A stretch of 64,000 bases of DNA from an uncultured delta proteobacterium (GTDB taxonomy: Bacteria > Myxococcota > UBA727 > VGSZ01): positions 191,205 through 255,204 of the forward strand of contig CAVZJB010000014.1 of NCBI GenBank assembly GCA_963775425.1, given 5' to 3'. Below, in pieces: positions 30,888 through 42,044 of this stretch. How positions within the stretch are numbered: the stretch's first letter is position 1; every line of letters begins with the position of its first letter. The translations under genes were made by a program, and so were the position numbers. The notes beneath the pieces were generated by a model. That model had not been told where the DNA came from. It ran no database searches and saw only the letters and a program-made list of their open reading frames with translations.

Positions 30888-31349
30888 TCACGGGCTCGGC
30901 GCGTGCTCGCCCTTGTGGGCGCGGCGCAGCGTGTGGACGACGCGCCACGTGTGGTCCTGCTCCTCGAGCAGCCCGCGCGCGAATTCGACGAGGTCACGCT
31001 CGTGCATGCCGTCGATCCCGCGGCGGTAGTCGTCGCGCCCGTGGTCCTCGCCCTGCTCGAGCGCGAGCAAGAGCGCGCCGTCGCCGAGCGCGGAGGCCGT
31101 CCCCGCCGTGAGCCTGGCGATGGCGCCCCACGCGCCGCTGGACGTGGCGGCGACGGCGCCGAGCGCGCCGATCCTCCCCCGCAGCTTGCTGACGCGCAGC
31201 TCGTGCGAGGACTGGCAGAGGGCCAGCTCCCCCTGCACGCTGAGCGGTGTGACCCGCTCGCGCGCCTGCCGGTAGGTCTCCACGGCGGAGATCTCGCCGC
31301 GGAGGAACGAGTTGAGCTGCGCGATGTCGGCGTCGAGGGCCATGGCCAC
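30888..31349 (-). CDS. DUF2383/PA2169 ferritin-like four-helix bundle protein
   Basis: LNSFLRGEISAVETY, SSGAWG, LEQGEDHG..DY. Confidence 0.85.
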   Translation of the reverse strand: MAMALDADIAQLNSFLRGEISAVETYRQARERVTPLSVQGELALCQSSHELRVSKLRGRIGALGAVAATSSGAWGAIARLTAGTASALGDGALLLALEQGEDHGRDDYRRGIDGMHERDLVEFARGLLEEQDHTWRVVHTLRRAHKGEHAPSP

Positions 31350-31412
31350 CTCCGCCCGCGACGTCTGCAGCGCGCGTGCCTCGCGGCCGACCGGAGGGAG
31401 CGGCCGCGCAGA

Positions 31413-31871
31413 TCACGGCTTCAGCGTGCCCACGCTCTTGCGCACGCCGTCGACCTCCTTGTCGAAGGTCGGCTTCTCGGCGACGTACTCCACGACACGG
31501 ATGGTGTCGGAGAACACGCCGCCGTAGACGAACAGCGACAACAGCTCGCGGAACGTCCGCCCGTTCACGGTGCTCTCGACGACCATCTCCTTGCCCGGCG
31601 TGCCCCCGCCGTCCTTGACGTCGGCCTCGCTGACCACGAGGTAGCCGCGGTTGTCCTTGAGGTCCGTGCGCAGGGCGTCATGCCAGAACGCGAGCCCGCC
31701 CTGATCGTCGTCGTCGAAGTCCCGGATCCAGAGCTTTGACTCCTCGGGCGTGATGGCTTTCAGCTCGTCGAAGCCCTTGTCGACGACGAGGAAGCGGTCG
31801 GGCGGCGTGAACGAGATGCAGCCGGAGGCCAGGGAGGCGAACGCGACGGCGATGATGATGGGGAGTCTCAT
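31413..31871 (-). CDS. Hypothetical lipoprotein
   Basis: Lipobox ASGC, 9 bp downstream of the DUF4349 gene. Confidence 0.75.
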   Translation of the reverse strand: MRLPIIIAVAFASLASGCISFTPPDRFLVVDKGFDELKAITPEESKLWIRDFDDDDQGGLAFWHDALRTDLKDNRGYLVVSEADVKDGGGTPGKEMVVESTVNGRTFRELLSLFVYGGVFSDTIRVVEYVAEKPTFDKEVDGVRKSVGTLKP

Positions 31872-31880
31872 GGCGTTGCC

Positions 31881-32831
31881 TCAGAAGTTGTTGAGGACGG
31901 ACTCGATGCCGACCTTGTTGATCCAGTCGAAGCGCGACCGCACGCGCGTGGGGCCGCGCGTCGGCGGCGGCGCGTTCGAGTAGAAGGTGACCGACAACGT
32001 CGACAGCGCCACCTGGTCCTTCAGGAAGCGCAGCTCGCCCTTCATTCCTTCGATCTCGTCGGTGAGGCGGCGCACCTCGCTTTCGATCTTCAAGATCTCT
32101 TCCATCTTGGTGGCCTGCTTGAGGAGGTCGAGCAGGCGCTCACGGCTCTTCTCCGCGGTCTCCAGCCGCAGCTCGATGTCGAAGACCTTCTTGGTGACGT
32201 CCTCGGCGCTGATCTGCTTTTGCGTGACCTGGCCGTACGAGCCGAGCTCGCCGACGAGGTCGTAGAACTTCTCGGCCGGCACGCGCAGCGTCACCGTGGC
32301 GTTGTTGGCGCCGCTGTTCGCGGTCTGGCCCTCGACGTAGCCCCCGAGCTCCTTGGCGCGCGCCGCGAGCTTGTCGACGGCGTCGTCCACGGCGACGACG
32401 ACGACGGTGACGCTGCCCTTGTAGATCACGAGCCGCGGCCCCGACGCCTCCGGCGCCTTGTCCGGCGCTGTGCTCGCGGCCGCAGGCGTCGTGCCCGGGA
32501 GCGGCGGCGGCGGCGGCGGCGCCGGCGGCGCGTTCGCCTGCCGGCTCACTTCACCCGAGACGTCGTCGTCGGAGAAGTCGAAGAGCCCCCGCGGCCTGCT
32601 TGCGACCGTGGCGCGCTCCGCCTCCTGCGGCATCATCGGCGCCGCCGCGGCGGCGGGGCCGGAGCCGCCGCCGCTGTACTGCGCGGGCGCCTCGTTCCTG
32701 TCCTCGTCGAAGACGCCGCCGACGGGCTCCCCGCGCGCCGACGGACCCGCCGCCGCGCACGAGGCAGAGACGGCCGTGACGGCGACGACGAGCGCGAGCC
32801 GAGGGGCGGTGCGGGGGGCGCGAGTCAGCAT
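31881..32831 (-). CDS. DUF4349 family lipoprotein
   Basis: VIY.G.V.V.V, GGYV, TLRVPA.KF, EDVT...D...RL, IE.E..R...EIE...G.LR.L.DQV.LST. Confidence 0.85.
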   Translation of the reverse strand: MLTRAPRTAPRLALVVAVTAVSASCAAAGPSARGEPVGGVFDEDRNEAPAQYSGGGSGPAAAAAPMMPQEAERATVASRPRGLFDFSDDDVSGEVSRQANAPPAPPPPPPLPGTTPAAASTAPDKAPEASGPRLVIYKGSVTVVVVAVDDAVDKLAARAKELGGYVEGQTANSGANNATVTLRVPAEKFYDLVGELGSYGQVTQKQISAEDVTKKVFDIELRLETAEKSRERLLDLLKQATKMEEILKIESEVRRLTDEIEGMKGELRFLKDQVALSTLSVTFYSNAPPPTRGPTRVRSRFDWINKVGIESVLNNF

Positions 32832-32916
32832 GCGTGGAAGGTCGCACGCCCCGCGCGCCGCCGTCGAGGGCCCGGACCCGCTTGCGGCGTCGGCCCGATG
32901 GGGACAAGCAGGTGAC

Positions 32917-33498
32917 ATGACGGCAAAGCCCGGCTTCTTCGAGCGCCTCTCGCTCGCCTTCCGCGTCCTCGGCGACGCCGACCTCGCCACGCGCGTGCGC
33001 GACGCCTCCGCCGGCGGGCTCGAGGCCGCCCCCGCCCCCGCGCTCGAGGCGCCCAAGCCGGCGGACAAGGTCGTCGAGAAGGTCGTCGAGGTCGACAAGA
33101 TCGTCGAGCGCAGCAACCCCACCGAGGGCGCGCTCCAGCTCCTGTCCATCCTGCAGCGCGACGGGCGCCTGGTGGACTTCGTCAACGAGGACCTCGCCGG
33201 CGCCGCCGACGCCGACGTCGGCGCGGCCGCGCGCATCGTCCACGCCGGCTGCAAGAAGGCGTTGGCGTCGTACTTCACGCTCGAGCCCGTGAAGAAGGAG
33301 GCCGAGGGCGCCGTCGTCACCGTCGACAAGGGCTTCGACGCAGCGCAGATCCGCCTCGCCGGCAACGTCAAGGGCGAGCCGCCGTTCAAGGGCACCCTCA
33401 CGCACGCAGGCTGGAAGGCCGTCGACGTGCGGATGCCCGAGCGCACCGGCGCCGTCGACGGCCGCATCGTCGCGCCCGCCGAGGTCGAGCTGCCGTGA
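32917..33498 (+). CDS. DUF2760 family protein
   Basis: ALQLL..LQRDGRLVDF, DVGAAAR.VH.GC, IRL.GNV.G.PPF.G.L.H.GW, APAEVEL. Confidence 0.9.
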   Translation: MTAKPGFFERLSLAFRVLGDADLATRVRDASAGGLEAAPAPALEAPKPADKVVEKVVEVDKIVERSNPTEGALQLLSILQRDGRLVDFVNEDLAGAADADVGAAARIVHAGCKKALASYFTLEPVKKEAEGAVVTVDKGFDAAQIRLAGNVKGEPPFKGTLTHAGWKAVDVRMPERTGAVDGRIVAPAEVELP

Positions 33499-33517
33499 CG
33501 CCCCCCGGGAGCCTTCG

Positions 33518-34204
33518 GTGATCATCGAGCCGTACGCGGTGTTCAGGTACGGGGTCCACAGCGCCCTCGAGGTCGAGCGCGGCGCGGCGGCGCGCGTGCG
33601 CGACGCCCTCGCCACCCTCGTGCGCTACGGCGCCGGCGAGGAGCTCGACGCCGTCGTGCTCGAGCTGACGCCCTCGTCTCCGCCGCCGTCGGCGCTGCTC
33701 GGGCCCGGGAGCGGTGGGGGCCTCGTCGCGCTGCTGCGCGAGGCCTTGGCCGCCCCCGGCGCCGTCGACATCGGCGTCGGCCTGTGGTCGAACATGTGGA
33801 CCTTCGACGACGACACGCCCGCCGCCTCCGGCGCAGACCTCGTCGACACCAGCGCCGGCGTGAGCGCCCGCTGGCTCGAGGTGCAGCCGTACGTGCCCGG
33901 GCGCCTGAGCGCCGCCAGCGAGCTCCTCGCCGCCGGCCTCGGCGGCTTCGACGAGGACGAGGCGCGGCGATACATCGTGCACGCGATCCTCGAGCCCCAC
34001 GAGGACGACCTCCAACCCGAGGACATCGACGAGACCCACGTCGCCGCCCTCGACGACGACGGACGGAACACGCTCGCGCGCGCGCTCGAGGAGTGGCGCG
34101 CGGGCTTTTCGCGCGCGCACGGGCGCTACCGTCGTGAGCTCGAGGCGGTGGCCCGCGCCACCGACCTCGTATTGGTATGGGACGAAGAGAACATGGCGCT
34201 ATGA
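33518..34204 (+). CDS. Hypothetical protein
   Basis: Fills the gap between DUF2760 and the Hsp70-like gene, GC-rich third codon positions, ATGA overlap with the next start. Confidence 0.65.
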   Translation: MIIEPYAVFRYGVHSALEVERGAAARVRDALATLVRYGAGEELDAVVLELTPSSPPPSALLGPGSGGGLVALLREALAAPGAVDIGVGLWSNMWTFDDDTPAASGADLVDTSAGVSARWLEVQPYVPGRLSAASELLAAGLGGFDEDEARRYIVHAILEPHEDDLQPEDIDETHVAALDDDGRNTLARALEEWRAGFSRAHGRYRRELEAVARATDLVLVWDEENMAL

Positions 34205-35967
34205 CCCGTCACTCCATCGGCATCGATCTCGGAACCACCAACACGGCGCTGGCCTCGGCGCCGCTCGACGACGACGCCTTCAAGGCCGCCGGCGGCGCGC
34301 CCGCGCCGTTCCCCGTCGAGCAGGTCACCAACGCGGGCGAGCACCAGCCGCAGCCGCTGTTGCCTTCGTTCGTCTACCTGCCCTCCGAGGTCGAGCTCCC
34401 CGAGGGCTCGCTCGCGCTCCCCTGGCTCAACAAGACCGAGACCAAGCAGCGCGACTTCTGCGTCGGCGCCTTCGCGCGCGACCAGGCGTCCAAGGTGCCC
34501 GGGCGCGTCGTGTCCTCGGCCAAGTCGTGGCTGTGTCACGCCGGCGTCGACCGCCGCTCGCCGCTGTTGCCCGTGCAGGCCCCCGACGAGCTGCAGAAGC
34601 TCTCGCCCGTCGACGTCAGCGCGCGCATCCTCTCGCACCTCGCAGACGCGTGGATGAACGCGAACAAGGACGCCCCGCTCATGGTCCAGGACGTGGTGCT
34701 CACGGTGCCCGCCAGCTTCGACGCCGTCGCGCGCTCGCTCACCGAGGAGGCGGCGCGCTCCGTGGGCTTCGAGCACCTCACGCTGCTCGAAGAGCCGCAG
34801 GCGGCGCTGTACGCGTGGGTCGCGGCGCAGGGCGACAACTGGCGCAAGAAGGTCAAGGTCGGCGACCTCATCCTCGTCGTCGACATCGGTGGCGGCACCA
34901 CCGACTTCTCGCTCATCGAGGTCAAGGACGAGGAGGGCAACCTCGTGCTGTCGCGCGTGGCCGTCGGCGACCACATCCTCCTCGGCGGCGACAACATGGA
35001 CCTCGCCCTCGCCTACCGGCTCAAGGGCAAGCTCGAGGACGAGGGCAAGAGCATCGACGACTGGCAGTTGCGCGGCTTGATGCACGCGTGCCGTGCGGCC
35101 AAGGAGATGCTTCTCGATCCCGCGTCCAAGAAGGACAAGGCGCCGGTGGCGGTGGCCTCGCGCGGCAGCAAGCTCGTCGGCGGCACGCTGCGCACCGAGC
35201 TGCTGCGCACGGAGATCGACGAGACGCTGCTCGAGGGCTTCTTCCCCAAGGTCGCCGCCGACGCGCGCCCGGCGCAGCAGAAGAAGGCGGGCCTCATGAC
35301 CATGGGCCTGCCCTACGCGCACGACCCGGGCATCACGCGCCACCTCGCCGCGTTCCTCGACGGGCGCAAGCCGCAGCGCATGCTGTTCAACGGCGGCGTC
35401 ACCAAGTCGAAGATCCTGCGGGAGCGCATCACCTCCATCCTGAACGAGTGGCTCGACGCGCCCGTCGACGTCCTCGACTCCGGCGACCTCGACCTCGCGG
35501 TCGCCGCGGGCGCCGCCTATTACGGGCGCGCGCGCGCGGGCAAGGGGCTGCGCATCAAGGGCGGCGCCTCGCGCGCCTACTACGTCGGCATCGAGCGCGC
35601 GGAGATGGCCGTGCCCGGCGTGGCGCCCCGCGTGGACGCGGTGTGCATCGCGCCGCTCGGCATGGAGGAGGGCAGCGAGGTGGAGCTGCCCATGGAGCTC
35701 GGCCTCGTCGTCGGCGAGCCGGCCACGTTCCGCTTCTTCTCGTCGAGCACGCGCAACGAAGACGCGCTGTCCGCCACCGTGGACCCGAAGAAGGTCGAGC
35801 TCGCCGAGCTGTCGCCCATCGAGACCACGCTCGAGGGGCCGTCGGGCGCGGTGCTGCCGGTGAAGCTGCACGCGCGGGTCACCGAGGTGGGCACGCTGGA
35901 GCTGTCCGCGGTGGAGTCCGCGTCCAAGAAGCGCCACAAGCTCGAGTTCAATATCCGCGTCGAGTGA
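34201..35967 (+). CDS. Hsp70-family (non-DnaK) protein of DUF2760 loci
   Basis: GIDLGTTN, SAKSWL, LTVPASFD, EEPQAA, DIGGGTTDF, LGGDNMD, LAVA.GAA. C-terminal EVGTLEL...FNIR; no canonical DnaK substrate/lid region. Confidence 0.9.
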   Translation: MTRHSIGIDLGTTNTALASAPLDDDAFKAAGGAPAPFPVEQVTNAGEHQPQPLLPSFVYLPSEVELPEGSLALPWLNKTETKQRDFCVGAFARDQASKVPGRVVSSAKSWLCHAGVDRRSPLLPVQAPDELQKLSPVDVSARILSHLADAWMNANKDAPLMVQDVVLTVPASFDAVARSLTEEAARSVGFEHLTLLEEPQAALYAWVAAQGDNWRKKVKVGDLILVVDIGGGTTDFSLIEVKDEEGNLVLSRVAVGDHILLGGDNMDLALAYRLKGKLEDEGKSIDDWQLRGLMHACRAAKEMLLDPASKKDKAPVAVASRGSKLVGGTLRTELLRTEIDETLLEGFFPKVAADARPAQQKKAGLMTMGLPYAHDPGITRHLAAFLDGRKPQRMLFNGGVTKSKILRERITSILNEWLDAPVDVLDSGDLDLAVAAGAAYYGRARAGKGLRIKGGASRAYYVGIERAEMAVPGVAPRVDAVCIAPLGMEEGSEVELPMELGLVVGEPATFRFFSSSTRNEDALSATVDPKKVELAELSPIETTLEGPSGAVLPVKLHARVTEVGTLELSAVESASKKRHKLEFNIRVE

Positions 35968-35998
35968 CGCCGACGAGGCGCGTGGTACGCTCTCGCCG

Positions 35999-37281
35999 AT
36001 GCGCGCCCCGCCGGTATCGCCCGTCGCGCTCCTCACCGTCGCGCTCGTCTGTCCGGCGTGCCTCGGCCCCCTCGCGTTGGGTGCGCCGTGCGCCAGCGAC
36101 GACGACTGCGACGGCGCCCTCGTCTGCGCGCTGACCGCCGGCGGCGACGGCGTGTGCGCCCCCGCAGGCGGCGTCGAAGGCGAAGGCGAGGGCGAAGGCG
36201 AGGGCGACGTCTGCGTCGACGTGCAGCAGGAGCTGCTCGCCGCCGCCAACCGCACGAGCGTCGCCGCCGCCGCCGCCGGCGCGACCGTCGGCGCCTTCTT
36301 CGCCGACTCCGACGCCGCCACCACCTCGGGCGCGGTGCGCTTCGCCGTCAGCGACGCCGCGGCCGGCACCGTGGGCGCGCCGGTGACGATCGACTCTTCG
36401 AGCTCCGTGTTCATGAGCGTCCTCGCCGTCACGCGCTCGCCCGCCCTCGGCGTGTGGGGCGTGCTCTGGGCGCGCACCGCGTCGGGCCAGCCGCCGGACC
36501 TGCAGTTCCGCACCCTCGACGACGACGGCCAGCCCACGGGCCCCGCACACGGCGTCGCCACCGGCGGCTTCGACCTCCTCGAAAACGCGTTCCTCCTGCC
36601 GCACCCTGACGGCTTCACGTTGTTGTTCTCCACGCGCGTCGACGTCGGCGGCGCCTTCGCCGCCGACAGCGTCCGCGTCATCGGCATCGGCGCCGGCGGC
36701 GTCGGCGGCAGCGAGAACCGCGTCATCGAAGACGCCGTCATCACCGGGGTCCCCGTCATCGACCAGGCGGGCACGATCTTCTTCGGCTACAGCCTCGGAA
36801 ACGTCGTCGAAGACGTCGCCCGCGTGGCGAGCGTCGACGCCGATGACGTCGTCGACCCGTCCGCCGCGGAGATCCACACCACGAGCGGTGTCATCGGCGC
36901 GCAGGCGCTGCCCGCGTCCGACGGGCTCTACGTGATGTTCCGCGAGCAGAGCGCCTCCGCAGACGAGCTCTGTCGCGTCGATGCCTGCTCCCCCGCGCCC
37001 CTCGACGTCGGCGTGCGCAACTACGGGCAGCTCACGGTGAGCGAGCGCGCCGACGGCGTGTACGCGCTCAGCAGCGTCGTCGGCGCCACGTCCGAGGGCT
37101 TCGTCGCCGACCTCGTCCTCTCCACGGGGCAGCTCTCCGGCTACACCACGCTCGCCACCGGCCACGACTTCTTCGAGGGCGCCGCGGCCGCCGTCCCCGG
37201 CGGCACCGCGGTGCTTCACACCAAGACGGCGGGCACCGTCGACGAGGGCGTCGAGCTCCGCGTCCTCTGCGGAGCCACGCC

Positions 37282-37285
<4 letters not shown>
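35999..37285 (+). CDS. Exported protein with Cys-rich module, short GE tract and beta-rich domain
   Basis: Signal with CPAC, C.SDDDC....C........C, about 5 EG units. Confidence 0.7.
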
Positions 37286-38142
<857 letters not shown>

Positions 38143-38185
38143 AAGCGGGCGGCGCGCACGGCGTCCTCGACGTCGACCCGGCGCC

Positions 38186-39376
38186 TCACCACACGGGCAG
38201 GGTCTCCGCGAGGAGCGCAGCGCGCACGTCGGGGATCCGCGCGAGCTCGGCGCGTACGAGGTCGCGCACGGGAGCTTCGAGCCGCGCGTGCGCGCCCGCG
38301 GGGCCGAGCTCGACGTCGACGAGGGCCGGGTCATCCACCGCGCGGCCGATCTCGCTGACGAGCACGCAGGCGGCGTCCTCGACCGAGGAGAAGCTGGCGA
38401 CGAGCGATGAGGCGAGGCGCGTGGCGACGAGGTTGTAGAGCTTGCCCACGTGGGTCACGGGGTTCTTCCCGGCCGCCGCTTCGAGCGACATCGGGCGGTA
38501 GGGCGTGATGAGACCGCACACGCGGTTGCCGCGGCCGACCTCACCGTCGTCGCCCGCCTCCGCCGACGTCCCCGTCACGGTCAGAAATACGTCGCCGCTG
38601 GCGATGTCGTCGCCGGCGTTCAGCGACGCCTCCACGGGCAGCGCCGTCACCTCGCGCGCGGCCGCCACCACGAGCTCACGGGCGGCGTCCCGGTTGTCGA
38701 CGTAGTCGGCGACGCCCGCGACGAACCGGTCGACGAAGGCGCAACTGATGGTGAGCCGGATGCGGCCGTCGCGGCGGACGCCCATCACCTTGATGTCCTC
38801 TCCGATCGCCGGGTGCGCCGTCTTCGTCGAGGCGGCGTTGAGGGTGCGCTCCACGGCCAGCACGGTCCTCTCGAGGTCCGTGAACGGCGCGAAGCCTGTG
38901 CCCATGGAGGTGTCGTTGGCGAGCGGGGCAGCGCCGTCGCGCGCGAAGAGCCGCCGCAGGTCCGCGGAGCCCGGGCGGATGCGGGAGACGACGCGCACGT
39001 GACGGTCGACGTCGACGTGGGGGAGCGTCGCGCGCAGCCACTCCTTGCACGCGTCGACGGCGATGTCGTGGACCGGGATCTTCGCGCCGCCGTGGTCCGC
39101 CGTGGCGCGACCGGCGAGGACGATCTCCATGGGCTCGATGACGTCGCCGCCGCCGAAGGCCGGCCGCGCCGCGCCGGCGCACAGCAGGACCTTGTCGACG
39201 TTGTGGTGAAGGATGACGCCGAAGCGCTCGAGGTACGCATGGCACAGCCGCACCGAGACGTGCTCGGCGATGCCGTCACACATGGAGTCCGGGTGACCGA
39301 GGCCCTTGCGCTCGGCGACCTCGACCGGCGAGGTGCCGGGTGCGCGGGCTTCACGCGCTCGGACGTCGAGCTCCAC
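38186..39376 (-). CDS. mat: S-adenosylmethionine synthetase, archaeal type
   Basis: VE..ERKGLGHPDS.CD..AE, HHNVDK, ANDTS.G.GFAP, GEDIKVMG, LTVTGTSAEAGDDGEVGRGNR..GLITPYRPMSLEAAAGKNPVTHVGKLYN. Confidence 0.93.
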   Translation of the reverse strand: MELDVRAREARAPGTSPVEVAERKGLGHPDSMCDGIAEHVSVRLCHAYLERFGVILHHNVDKVLLCAGAARPAFGGGDVIEPMEIVLAGRATADHGGAKIPVHDIAVDACKEWLRATLPHVDVDRHVRVVSRIRPGSADLRRLFARDGAAPLANDTSMGTGFAPFTDLERTVLAVERTLNAASTKTAHPAIGEDIKVMGVRRDGRIRLTISCAFVDRFVAGVADYVDNRDAARELVVAAAREVTALPVEASLNAGDDIASGDVFLTVTGTSAEAGDDGEVGRGNRVCGLITPYRPMSLEAAAGKNPVTHVGKLYNLVATRLASSLVASFSSVEDAACVLVSEIGRAVDDPALVDVELGPAGAHARLEAPVRDLVRAELARIPDVRAALLAETLPVW

Positions 39377-42044
39377 CGGCGGCCTCCGATTCCTCGAGCG
39401 TCTTGAGCAGGCGCTCGGTGTCGATGGGCTTGTCGACGAGGAGCGCGCGCTCGGCGCCCACGCGCTCGGCGATGCCCTGTTGGCCGGAGATGACGATGAC
39501 GGGGATCGACTCCAGGGCCGGATCGGCGTTCTTCTCCTCGAGGAACGCCCAGCCGTCCATCACGGGCATCACGAGGTCGAGGACCACGAAAGAGGGGTGG
39601 AGCACCTGGCGCAGATAGTCGAGCGCCTCCTGCCCGTTGTCGACGGCGACGACGGAGTATCCGGCGAGCGTGAGGACGTCACGCAGCGCCGCCCGCAGCT
39701 CGGCGTCGTCCTCGGCGAGGAGCACGACCGGGGCCTGCTGCTGCCGGGCCGCGATGGGGAGCGTGAAGGAGATGGTGCTCCCGTCGCCGGGCGTGCTCGT
39801 GGCGGACACAGACCCGCCTTGCGCCTCGACGATCCCTTTGACGATGGCGAGCCCCAGCCCCGCGCCCTGCCGCTCCAGGGCGCTTGCCTTCCAGAATCGG
39901 TCGAACAGATGCGGCAGGTCCTCGGGCGAGATGCCGGTGCCGGTGTCCTTCACCGAGAACAACACCTCGGCGCCCTTGCACTCCGCGCCGAGCGTCACCG
40001 TGCCGTGCTCGTGCGTGAACCTCAGCGCGTTCCCGACGAGGTTCTCGAACACCTGCAGCAGCCGGTGGTGATCTGCGCGCACGGCGACGTCGGCGACGCC
40101 GGGGCCGAGATCGAGCGCGAGCGCGACGCCCCCGCCGTTCGCGAGCGGCGTCTGCGCCTCGAGCGCCTCGCGCATCATGTTCCCGACGGGGACGGACGCG
40201 TTGCTCGGTGGCAGACCCGCCTCGATGCTCGCCACGTCCAGGAGGTCCTGGATGATGCGCGTCATGCGCCTCGCGGCCCCGTCGATCACGTCGACCGGCG
40301 TCCGCGTCCGCCGCTCGACGTCGCGCCCGGGCTCGCCGCGCCTGAGCCGCGCCGTCTGGAGCATGACGGTACTGAGCGGGTTGCGCAGGTCGTGTGCGAC
40401 GACCGCGAGCACGTCGTCACGCGCGCGAATGGCCTGCTGCGCGACGCGATAGATGCGCGCGTTGTCGATGGCGAGCGCCGCGCGGCGTGCGAGCTCCGTG
40501 GCGACCGGCACATCCGCCTTTGTGTAGCGTCGCGCGGGGTCCGTACTGACGAGGAGGAGCACGCCGAGCTTGCGCCCACGCGCCTGGAGAGGCGCTGCGA
40601 TCAAGGAGCGCGGGTCGAGGTCCGCCAACGCGCGCTCGTCGTCCTCGCTCGCGCCGATCGACCGCAGTTGCTCGCGCGACACGTCGCTCATCACGATCGT
40701 CTCGTCGCCGGGGCGGAAGGAGCCGCTCTGTGTTCCGGCCAGCGCGCGGGCGGTCGCCGCCTGCCGTGGATCGCGGTGGGCGACCTTGCGGCGCGTGGGA
40801 CCGCCGTCGACGATCTCCACGATGCAGACGTCGGACAGGGCGTTCACCGTCAGTTGCGCGATGTTCGCAGGCGTGTCCTCGTAGTCGAGCGTCGACGCCA
40901 ACGAGGCGCCGACGTCGGCGAAGAAGCGCTGTTCCTTCTCGGCGCGCCGGCGGTCCGCGTACAGGCGCGCGTTGTCGAGCGCCACGGCGACGCGCCCCGC
41001 CAGCTCGCTCGCGAGCCCGACGTCCGCCTGGTTGAAGATGCGCTTCGACTCGCCGGACGCAAGCGAGAGCGCGCCGAAGGTCCGACCGGCGGCAGAGAGC
41101 GGAATCACCATCAGCGAGCGCACGCCCGCCGCGCGCCGGAGGTCGGCGGGCTCGTCGCCGCGCGTGCCGGGCGGCTCCGGGGGAACCTCCGCGAGGAGCA
41201 TGGGCTCGCCGGACGCGATGGTCGCCTCCTGCGCCGTGGTGACGCCGGGACCCGCTTGCACGCGCCTCATGCGCTCGGCGAGCGTCGCCTGCTTCTTGGG
41301 ATCGGCGAACACCACCAGCGGCCGGTCGACGGCTCCGTCGTCCTGTACGAGATCGATCATGCAGAGGTCGGCCAGGTCGGGCACGACGAGGCGCGCCGCC
41401 GCCTCGAGCGTTGCCATAGCATCCAACGACCGGGACAGTTGCTGTCCGGCGCGCGACAGCAGCTCGAGCCTCCACTCGAGCGCCTTGGTCCCGGAGACAT
41501 CCACGAGGATGGTGCGCAGCGCCGACGGCCCGCCGTGCGGGTCGGACACGGGCTCGCTGATCATCCGTACGACGCACGCTCCTTCGCGCGAGCCGGACAC
41601 CCGCAGATCGGTGGTGACGCGCGTGGTTCCTCGCAGGCACTGCGCGAGGTGCCCGCGGAAGTCCGGCTTGTCGGCGCCCAGAACGACATTCGCGAGCGGC
41701 GTCCCGAGCAGCCGTCCACGAGGCGAGCCGAGCATCGTGGCGCCCGTCAGGTTGACCTCGAGGATGAGGCCCGCGGCATCCAGCGTGCAGTAGCCGACGG
41801 GCGCATAGTCGTAGAGGTCCACGTAGCGCGCGCTCACCTCCTCGATGCGCTCCTGCGCCTCGCGGAGCTCGCGGTTCTGCATCTCGAGCTCCACCTGGTG
41901 GACGTGGAGCTCGTGGATGAGCCGCTCGCGGTCGGGCCTCGTCGCCGAGGAGGTGGCGAGCTGGTCGGCCGCCTCGAGCTTGCGCAGCTCGCGGATGAGC
42001 TCCTCCTTCGACATGGAGCCGAGCTCGCGCTCCGGCGTGGTCAC
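39351..42044 (-). CDS. Hybrid histidine kinase (coiled coil-PAS-GAF-GAF-HisKA-HATPase-REC)
   Basis: ELHVHQVELEMQNREL, LYDYAPVGY, two ALDNAR.Y GAF ends, AHDLRNPL, NLVGNA, DTGTG, GAGLGL, REC LAEDD..LDLVMP.MDG..KP. GTGA overlap with the cheBR stop. Confidence 0.92.
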   Translation of the reverse strand: MTTPERELGSMSKEELIRELRKLEAADQLATSSATRPDRERLIHELHVHQVELEMQNRELREAQERIEEVSARYVDLYDYAPVGYCTLDAAGLILEVNLTGATMLGSPRGRLLGTPLANVVLGADKPDFRGHLAQCLRGTTRVTTDLRVSGSREGACVVRMISEPVSDPHGGPSALRTILVDVSGTKALEWRLELLSRAGQQLSRSLDAMATLEAAARLVVPDLADLCMIDLVQDDGAVDRPLVVFADPKKQATLAERMRRVQAGPGVTTAQEATIASGEPMLLAEVPPEPPGTRGDEPADLRRAAGVRSLMVIPLSAAGRTFGALSLASGESKRIFNQADVGLASELAGRVAVALDNARLYADRRRAEKEQRFFADVGASLASTLDYEDTPANIAQLTVNALSDVCIVEIVDGGPTRRKVAHRDPRQAATARALAGTQSGSFRPGDETIVMSDVSREQLRSIGASEDDERALADLDPRSLIAAPLQARGRKLGVLLLVSTDPARRYTKADVPVATELARRAALAIDNARIYRVAQQAIRARDDVLAVVAHDLRNPLSTVMLQTARLRRGEPGRDVERRTRTPVDVIDGAARRMTRIIQDLLDVASIEAGLPPSNASVPVGNMMREALEAQTPLANGGGVALALDLGPGVADVAVRADHHRLLQVFENLVGNALRFTHEHGTVTLGAECKGAEVLFSVKDTGTGISPEDLPHLFDRFWKASALERQGAGLGLAIVKGIVEAQGGSVSATSTPGDGSTISFTLPIAARQQQAPVVLLAEDDAELRAALRDVLTLAGYSVVAVDNGQEALDYLRQVLHPSFVVLDLVMPVMDGWAFLEEKNADPALESIPVIVISGQQGIAERVGAERALLVDKPIDTERLLKTLEESEAAGGARRPSA

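Noticed and set aside
38201-38234. Similarity between the mat 3' end and the DUF3501 3' end (DVRAAL)
   Set aside because: Short match explained by a common helical peptide in GC-rich codons; not counted as part of the duplication.
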